Assembly: GCA_964291295.2 (NCBI GenBank)
Contig: OZ219754.1
Span: 1,664,001 to 1,728,000, forward strand
Origin: an uncultured Candidatus Binatia bacterium
GTDB lineage: Bacteria; Desulfobacterota; Binatia; UBA9968; JAJDTQ01
Reading direction: 5' to 3'
Length of the DNA: 64,000 bases
The notes beneath the pieces were generated by a model, which had not been told where the DNA came from, did no database searches, and worked only from the letters and a program-made list of their open reading frames with translations. Of the stretch, positions 59,361 to 64,000 are shown piece after piece (position 1 is the first letter of the stretch; each line of letters opens with the position of its first letter). The position numbers were made by a program, and so were the translations under genes.

Positions 59361-59375
59361 TCATATATGGTATGA
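59361..59375. promoter_or_regulatory. candidate LysR binding site (TCATA-N5-TATGA)
   Basis: Dyad overlapping the LysR start in the divergent promoter region. Confidence 0.4.
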
Positions 59376-60343
59376 GTGGCGCCAGATTCAATATTCCCTC
59401 CATGAGTTCGTTGATCGCGTTCGAGGCAACGGCCCGGCTCGGCGGCGTGATACGGGCTTCCGAAGAGTTGAACACGTCGCAATCGGCGGTCAGCCGTCAC
59501 ATCCGCAATCTGGAAACAGCATTGGGCGACGAGCTTTTCCAGCGTCAGGGCCGGGGAGTGGTGCTGACCAGAAGCGGCGAAGACTACTATGTCGCCGTCA
59601 AGTCGTCCCTGGAGAACCTGCATGCGGCCGGCGACGGATTGCGCACTCACACGGCCAGCGTCATCATCGCCTGCACGCATGACATCTTCCACTTCCTGCT
59701 GTTGCCGGTCTTTGGCGATCTCAAGCGGTCCATGGGGGCCGGCGCCAGCTTGCGCATCCTGAACGGGGACTATGACATGTTGCCCCTGCTGGTGTCCGCG
59801 GGGGTGGACATGGTTTTCGAGCACTGCGTGCTCCCGACGGATCCCGGCGCGGTGAAGCTGCTGGATGAGGAGGTGGTTCCGGTCGGTTCGCCAAGCTTCG
59901 TGAAGCGGTTCGAGCGGCTGCTTGGCAGGCACCCCAGGTACTGGTCCGATGTTCCCCGTCTGGACTTTGCCCAACGCGACCCATCCTGGGCCACCTGGAC
60001 GACCTGGTTCCTCTCCAACGACTGCAAGCCTCCGAAAGCGCCGGTGGAATCGTACGACAGTTACAGGCATCTGCTGGATGCGGCCGCAAACGGCGCCGGC
60101 ATGGCCCTGGGTTGGAACGGCCTTGTGAATCCTCACCTGGAGTCCGGGCGGCTCGTTCGACTCCGGGACCGGTGGTTGCGGTCGCAGATCAGCCTTTATG
60201 CGGTGTTGACCCAGAACGGACACAACAACCACAACGCCGCGCGCCTCCTGAAGACGCTGGCCACTCTGGGCGAGCGGCTGGCGGGCGCAAGGCCGGTGTC
60301 GCCGCAGCGACAGCCGACTCGCGAACACGTTTCATTCCTGTGA
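59372..60343 (+). CDS. LysR family regulator (GcvA-like)
   Basis: LIAFEATARLG...ASEELNTSQSAVSRHIRNLE HTH. Confidence 0.92.
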   Translation: MSGARFNIPSMSSLIAFEATARLGGVIRASEELNTSQSAVSRHIRNLETALGDELFQRQGRGVVLTRSGEDYYVAVKSSLENLHAAGDGLRTHTASVIIACTHDIFHFLLLPVFGDLKRSMGAGASLRILNGDYDMLPLLVSAGVDMVFEHCVLPTDPGAVKLLDEEVVPVGSPSFVKRFERLLGRHPRYWSDVPRLDFAQRDPSWATWTTWFLSNDCKPPKAPVESYDSYRHLLDAAANGAGMALGWNGLVNPHLESGRLVRLRDRWLRSQISLYAVLTQNGHNNHNAARLLKTLATLGERLAGARPVSPQRQPTREHVSFL

Positions 60344-60376
60344 CGGCGCGCCGGCCGACGGCGCGGGGTCGCCGCA

Positions 60377-61672
60377 TCACGCATCGAGGCTCGCCGTGTC
60401 GAAGAAACGCCGCAGCACGCGGCTCAGGTCGAAGGCGTCCGCCGTGCCCGCCAGTTCCCGGATGGAGTGCATGGCCCACTGGGCCACGCCCACGTCCACG
60501 GTGCGTACGCCCGTCCTGGCCGCCGCCAGCGGGCCGATGGTGCTGCCGCACGCCATGTCGCTGCGCACCACGAAGGTCTGGACCGCCACGCCCTCGTCCG
60601 CGGCCAGCCGCCGAAACGCGGCCGCGGTCTCGCTGTTGCTGGCATAGCGCTGGTTGGCGTTCATCTTGATGACCGGTCCGCGGTTGAGCAACGGCCCGTG
60701 GTTGCTGTCGTGCCGGTCGGCGAAGTTGGGGTGGATGCCGTGGGCGTTGTCGGTGGAGATCAGCATGGAGCGGGAGAGGGAACGGTTGCGGTCCTCCGGA
60801 ACGGGCAGCAGGCGCTCCAGCATCTGGGTCAGCATGGCTCCCCGGGCGCCGGCGGCCGTGGTACTCCCCACTTCTTCGTGATCATTGCAGACCAGCAACG
60901 CGCCGGCGCGGCCGTCCGCCTCCCGCAAGGCCCGCATCCCGGCGAAACAGCTCAGCAGGTTGTCGAGCCGGGCCGACGCGATGAACTCCTGCGCCACGCC
61001 GACGAGGGCGGGGGGCTGGGTGTCGTAGAGCACCAGCTCGTGGTCCAGCACCTCACCCACCTCCGCGCCGCTGTCCGCCTCGAGCCGCTGGCGCAACAGG
61101 GTCCTGAGATCGAAGTCGTCGCCCTGCTGGCCCAGCACCGCCGGAAGGCAGGTCTGCGCGTTCACCGATCGGTTCTCGTTGGCGTCCCGGTCCAGGTGAA
61201 TGGCCAGGCTGGGGATCACCGCCACCGGCTGCCTGAAATCGACAAGGCCATGGGCCAGGGCGCCCTTGCGGTCGAGATAGCTGACCCGTCCCGCCATGGA
61301 CAGGTCCCGGTCGAACCAGGGATTCAGCAGCGCCCCGCCGTAGACCTCGACGCCCAACCGGCAGTAGCCGTGCTTGTGGATTTCGGGCTGCGGCTTGACC
61401 TTCAGGCACGGTGAATCCGTGTGCGCGCCCACCATCCGAAGCCCGGTCTCCGGCAGCACCGCCCGCGCGGGCACCGTCCAGGCGATGAGGGAGGAGCCGT
61501 TGCGGGTGGTGAAGTAGCGGCCGCCCGGCTCCAGGCGCCATGCATCGGCCTCGGGCCGGTGCCGGAAACCGGCGTCCGCCAGCCGCCGCGCCATCTGGTG
61601 GACGGCGTGAAACGGTGTGGGCGACGCGGCCAGAAAGTCCGTCAGTTCACGATTGAATTGTTGCCGGTCCAT
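60377..61672 (-). CDS. apeB: M18 family aspartyl aminopeptidase
   Basis: SPTPFHAV, GAHTDSP, RLDNL, DHEEVGS, DNAH, CGSTIGP, AMHSIRE. Confidence 0.93.
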   Translation of the reverse strand: MDRQQFNRELTDFLAASPTPFHAVHQMARRLADAGFRHRPEADAWRLEPGGRYFTTRNGSSLIAWTVPARAVLPETGLRMVGAHTDSPCLKVKPQPEIHKHGYCRLGVEVYGGALLNPWFDRDLSMAGRVSYLDRKGALAHGLVDFRQPVAVIPSLAIHLDRDANENRSVNAQTCLPAVLGQQGDDFDLRTLLRQRLEADSGAEVGEVLDHELVLYDTQPPALVGVAQEFIASARLDNLLSCFAGMRALREADGRAGALLVCNDHEEVGSTTAAGARGAMLTQMLERLLPVPEDRNRSLSRSMLISTDNAHGIHPNFADRHDSNHGPLLNRGPVIKMNANQRYASNSETAAAFRRLAADEGVAVQTFVVRSDMACGSTIGPLAAARTGVRTVDVGVAQWAMHSIRELAGTADAFDLSRVLRRFFDTASLDA

Positions 61673-62684
61673 GGGGAGGGGACTCCCGGCCCAGGCGGTA
61701 TTCTCGGCGCGGGTTCGTGACGGCGATGAGGTCGATGACGTCCGGACCGAGGCCGGCCCTTTCGAGGCTTGCCAGCGGGTCGGGATCGCCGGGCGGAAAC
61801 GGCGCGTCGCCGCCCAGCAGGATGCGTTCGGACCCCACCAGGTCCCGGAGAAACCGCAGCGCGTCCCGGCTGTGCAGGATGCTGTCGTAAAGGAACCGGC
61901 GCATATAGGCGCTGGGCGGCCGGGCTGCACGCTCTCCGGCGGCGCGCCCACCGGCGGCGTCGTGCATGCGGTCGAAACGGCCGATGAGGTAGGGCAGATT
62001 GCCGCCGCCGTGGGACAGCAGCAGCCGGAGCTTCGGAAAACGGTCCAGGGTGCCGCTCATGATCATGGAGCCCACCGCCAGGGTAGTGTCCATGGTGTAG
62101 GCGCAGATCTGGTTGAGGCTGAAGTTCTCGGCGCGCGGCAACGGCCGCGGCAGCGAAGGGTGCACGAAGGCCGGTACGTCCAGCGCCTCGCATGCGCTCC
62201 AGAACGCGTCCAGGGGAACCTCCCCGAGGTTGCGGCCGTCGATGTTGGCGGTGACGATGACGCCCACGGCGCCGTGGTCCACACAGCGCTCCAGCTCCCG
62301 CGCCGCCTTCGCGTCGTCGGTCAGTGGCGCCGATGCCATCCACGAGAACCGCTCCGGACGGGCCGCGCTCAACTCCGCGAGGCTGTCGTTCAGGATGCGG
62401 TGCCAGCGGTGGCACCGGGCGGCATCCAGGCCGTAGCCGAAGATGTCGGTCCACACCGACAGGATCTGCCGTTGGACCCGCTGGCGGTCCATCTCCGCAA
62501 GGCGCGCTTCGATGTCCAGCAGGCCGGGAAGGAACGGGCGCACCTCCAGGCCGTCGTCGAAGCGGCAACAGCGCCCGCGGCGACCCTTGTCCACCAGCGC
62601 AATGCCGAGTTCGGCGCCCCGGTCGGCCAGCGCGTCCAGGACGCCCGGCGGCACGAAATGCGCATGTACGTCAATCGCGGTCAC
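61647..62684 (-). CDS. amidohydrolase_2 family protein (ACMSD-like decarboxylase)
   Basis: IDVHAH, FVHP, HGGG, GGDAPF. Confidence 0.9.
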   Translation of the reverse strand: MTAIDVHAHFVPPGVLDALADRGAELGIALVDKGRRGRCCRFDDGLEVRPFLPGLLDIEARLAEMDRQRVQRQILSVWTDIFGYGLDAARCHRWHRILNDSLAELSAARPERFSWMASAPLTDDAKAARELERCVDHGAVGVIVTANIDGRNLGEVPLDAFWSACEALDVPAFVHPSLPRPLPRAENFSLNQICAYTMDTTLAVGSMIMSGTLDRFPKLRLLLSHGGGNLPYLIGRFDRMHDAAGGRAAGERAARPPSAYMRRFLYDSILHSRDALRFLRDLVGSERILLGGDAPFPPGDPDPLASLERAGLGPDVIDLIAVTNPRREYRLGRESPPHGPATIQS

Positions 62685-63483
62685 GGGAACGATCCATCAA
62701 CGCCTTTTCCTGGCCGCCGTCGATCTCGATCATGGTGCCGTTGGCAAAGTGCATGAGGGGCGACGCCAGCATCGCGACGAGGTTCGCCACCTCATCGGTC
62801 TCGGCAATGCGCCCCAGCGGGATCGACCGGGGCGCCAACTGGTCGGCTTCGTCGTAGCTGAGGTTCATGTCCCGGGACATGGCCTTCACCAGCCCGGTCC
62901 ACCGTTCGGTGCGAACCGGCCCCGGATTCACCGCCACGAAGCTGATGCCGTACTTGCCGTACTGGCCCGCCAGCGACCGGGTCAGGTTCTGCCCCGCGGC
63001 GTTGGCCGCACCCGGGGCGATCTCCCAGTAGGACGGCTTGACGCCGTCGTTGCCGATGAGGTTCACGACGCGGCCGCCGCCCTGCGCGCGCATGATCGGA
63101 AGCGCATGGCGCATGCAGCGCACGTATCCCATGAACTTGAGTTGCAGCGACAGCGCCCAGTCCTCTTCCGTCAGCGTTTCGATGACCCCGCCCGGCGCCG
63201 ACCCGGCGTTGTTCACCAGGATGTCGATGCGCCCCAGCGCCGCGGCCGCGGCCTGGATGAACCGGCGGGCGTCCCCGTCCCGGGTCAGGTCCGCGGCAAT
63301 GGGAACGATCTTCCGGCCGGTGGCGCCGGCCACGGCCGCGGCGGTCTCCTCCAGCGGCCCGGCCCGCCGCGCGCACAGGGCCACGTCCGCGCCCTCCCGC
63401 GCCAACGCTTCCACGATGGCCTTGCCGATGCCCTCGCTGCCGCCGGTCACGACAGCCTTCCTGCCCTGAAGCTCCAGATCCAT
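62671..63483 (-). CDS. SDR family oxidoreductase
   Basis: TGGSEGIG, NNAG, VNPGPVRT; canonical YxxxK replaced (GAANA). Confidence 0.9.
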   Translation of the reverse strand: MDLELQGRKAVVTGGSEGIGKAIVEALAREGADVALCARRAGPLEETAAAVAGATGRKIVPIAADLTRDGDARRFIQAAAAALGRIDILVNNAGSAPGGVIETLTEEDWALSLQLKFMGYVRCMRHALPIMRAQGGGRVVNLIGNDGVKPSYWEIAPGAANAAGQNLTRSLAGQYGKYGISFVAVNPGPVRTERWTGLVKAMSRDMNLSYDEADQLAPRSIPLGRIAETDEVANLVAMLASPLMHFANGTMIEIDGGQEKALMDRSRDRD

Positions 63484-63509
63484 GTGGTCCTCTCCCTGGT
63501 TCTCTCCCG

Positions 63510-64000
63510 TCAATCCGTCCGGCCCGCGGCAGGCCGGGCGTTCTGCCCCGCCGCGAACAGGTCGCCGTACTCTTTCCGCAACGCCGCCCGGGTCACCTTG
63601 CCGAGTTCGTTGCGGGGAATGGACTCCACGGCGATGATCCGCTTCGGTACCTTGTACGAAGCCAGTTCCGTCTTGAGATAGCCGATGCACGCGCGTTCGT
63701 CGAACGATGCCCGGTCCGGCGACAGCACCACCGCCACCACGGCTTCTCCGAAATCGGGATGCGGCACGCCGAAGACGGCGGCGTCGGCGATGCCGTCCGC
63801 CCGGTCCAGGGCGTCCTCCACCTCCCTGGGGTAGACGTTCAGCCCGCCGGAGATGATCATGTCGCTGTCCCGTCCCAGGATGCGGACACACCCCTGGTGG
63901 TCGATTTCCGCCACGTCGCCGGTCACCAGCCAGCCGTCGTCGGTGAACGGCCGCGCATCCGGCCGGTTCCAGTAGCCCGCGAACACGTTGTGTCCGCGGG
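63510..64000 (-). CDS. AMP-binding acyl-CoA synthetase (MatB-like), 5' part outside window
   Basis: VFAGYW, TGD, GR..DMIISGGLNVYPREVE, PHPDFGE, PRNELGK. Confidence 0.88.
   Translation of the reverse strand, partial: RGHNVFAGYWNRPDARPFTDDGWLVTGDVAEIDHQGCVRILGRDSDMIISGGLNVYPREVEDALDRADGIADAAVFGVPHPDFGEAVVAVVLSPDRASFDERACIGYLKTELASYKVPKRIIAVESIPRNELGKVTRAALRKEYGDLFAAGQNARPAAGRTD

Overview
This is a GC-rich bacterial chromosomal window. Its gene content suggests a Deltaproteobacteria/Binatia-like organism, possibly host-associated; that is inference only. The backbone is catabolic and housekeeping: five amidohydrolase_2 paralogues, FAH, two VOC proteins, MmgE/PrpD, an LLM oxidoreductase, two cytoplasmic BNR propellers, rnr, AsmA, a lower paa-like cluster with TetR, GST, nfo, EVE, tRNA-Val(CAC), Hsp20, a Kelch protein, an alpha/beta hydrolase with LysR, M18 peptidase, SDR and an acyl-CoA synthetase. 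Three defence-type segments interrupt it. (1) A partial NERD-kinase gene at the left edge, missing from the ORF track. (2) About 18.0-27.5 kb: FitAB/VapBC coupled to a type I R-M system whose HsdS has two near-identical TRDs, then a fused ABC-ATPase-TOPRIM gene and an ATPase + DUF3226-like pair in which each gene carries one in-frame stop. (3) About 42.3-51.5 kb: an ATPase + TOPRIM-like pair (in-frame TGA) converging on a translationally coupled operon of orphan HigA, Swt1-like HEPN-SNF2 helicase and a sacsin-type GHKL ATPase with a C-terminal HNH-like domain. That operon is the best candidate for an undescribed anti-phage system. Also found by reading the DNA: a CxxU selenoprotein (CMD/AhpD-like) with a SECIS-like hairpin, two copies of a ~98-bp IS5-like MITE, an SBP/kinase-less sensor/MFS operon, and many short tandem duplications. 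All family assignments are from motif recognition by eye; no database searches were run.
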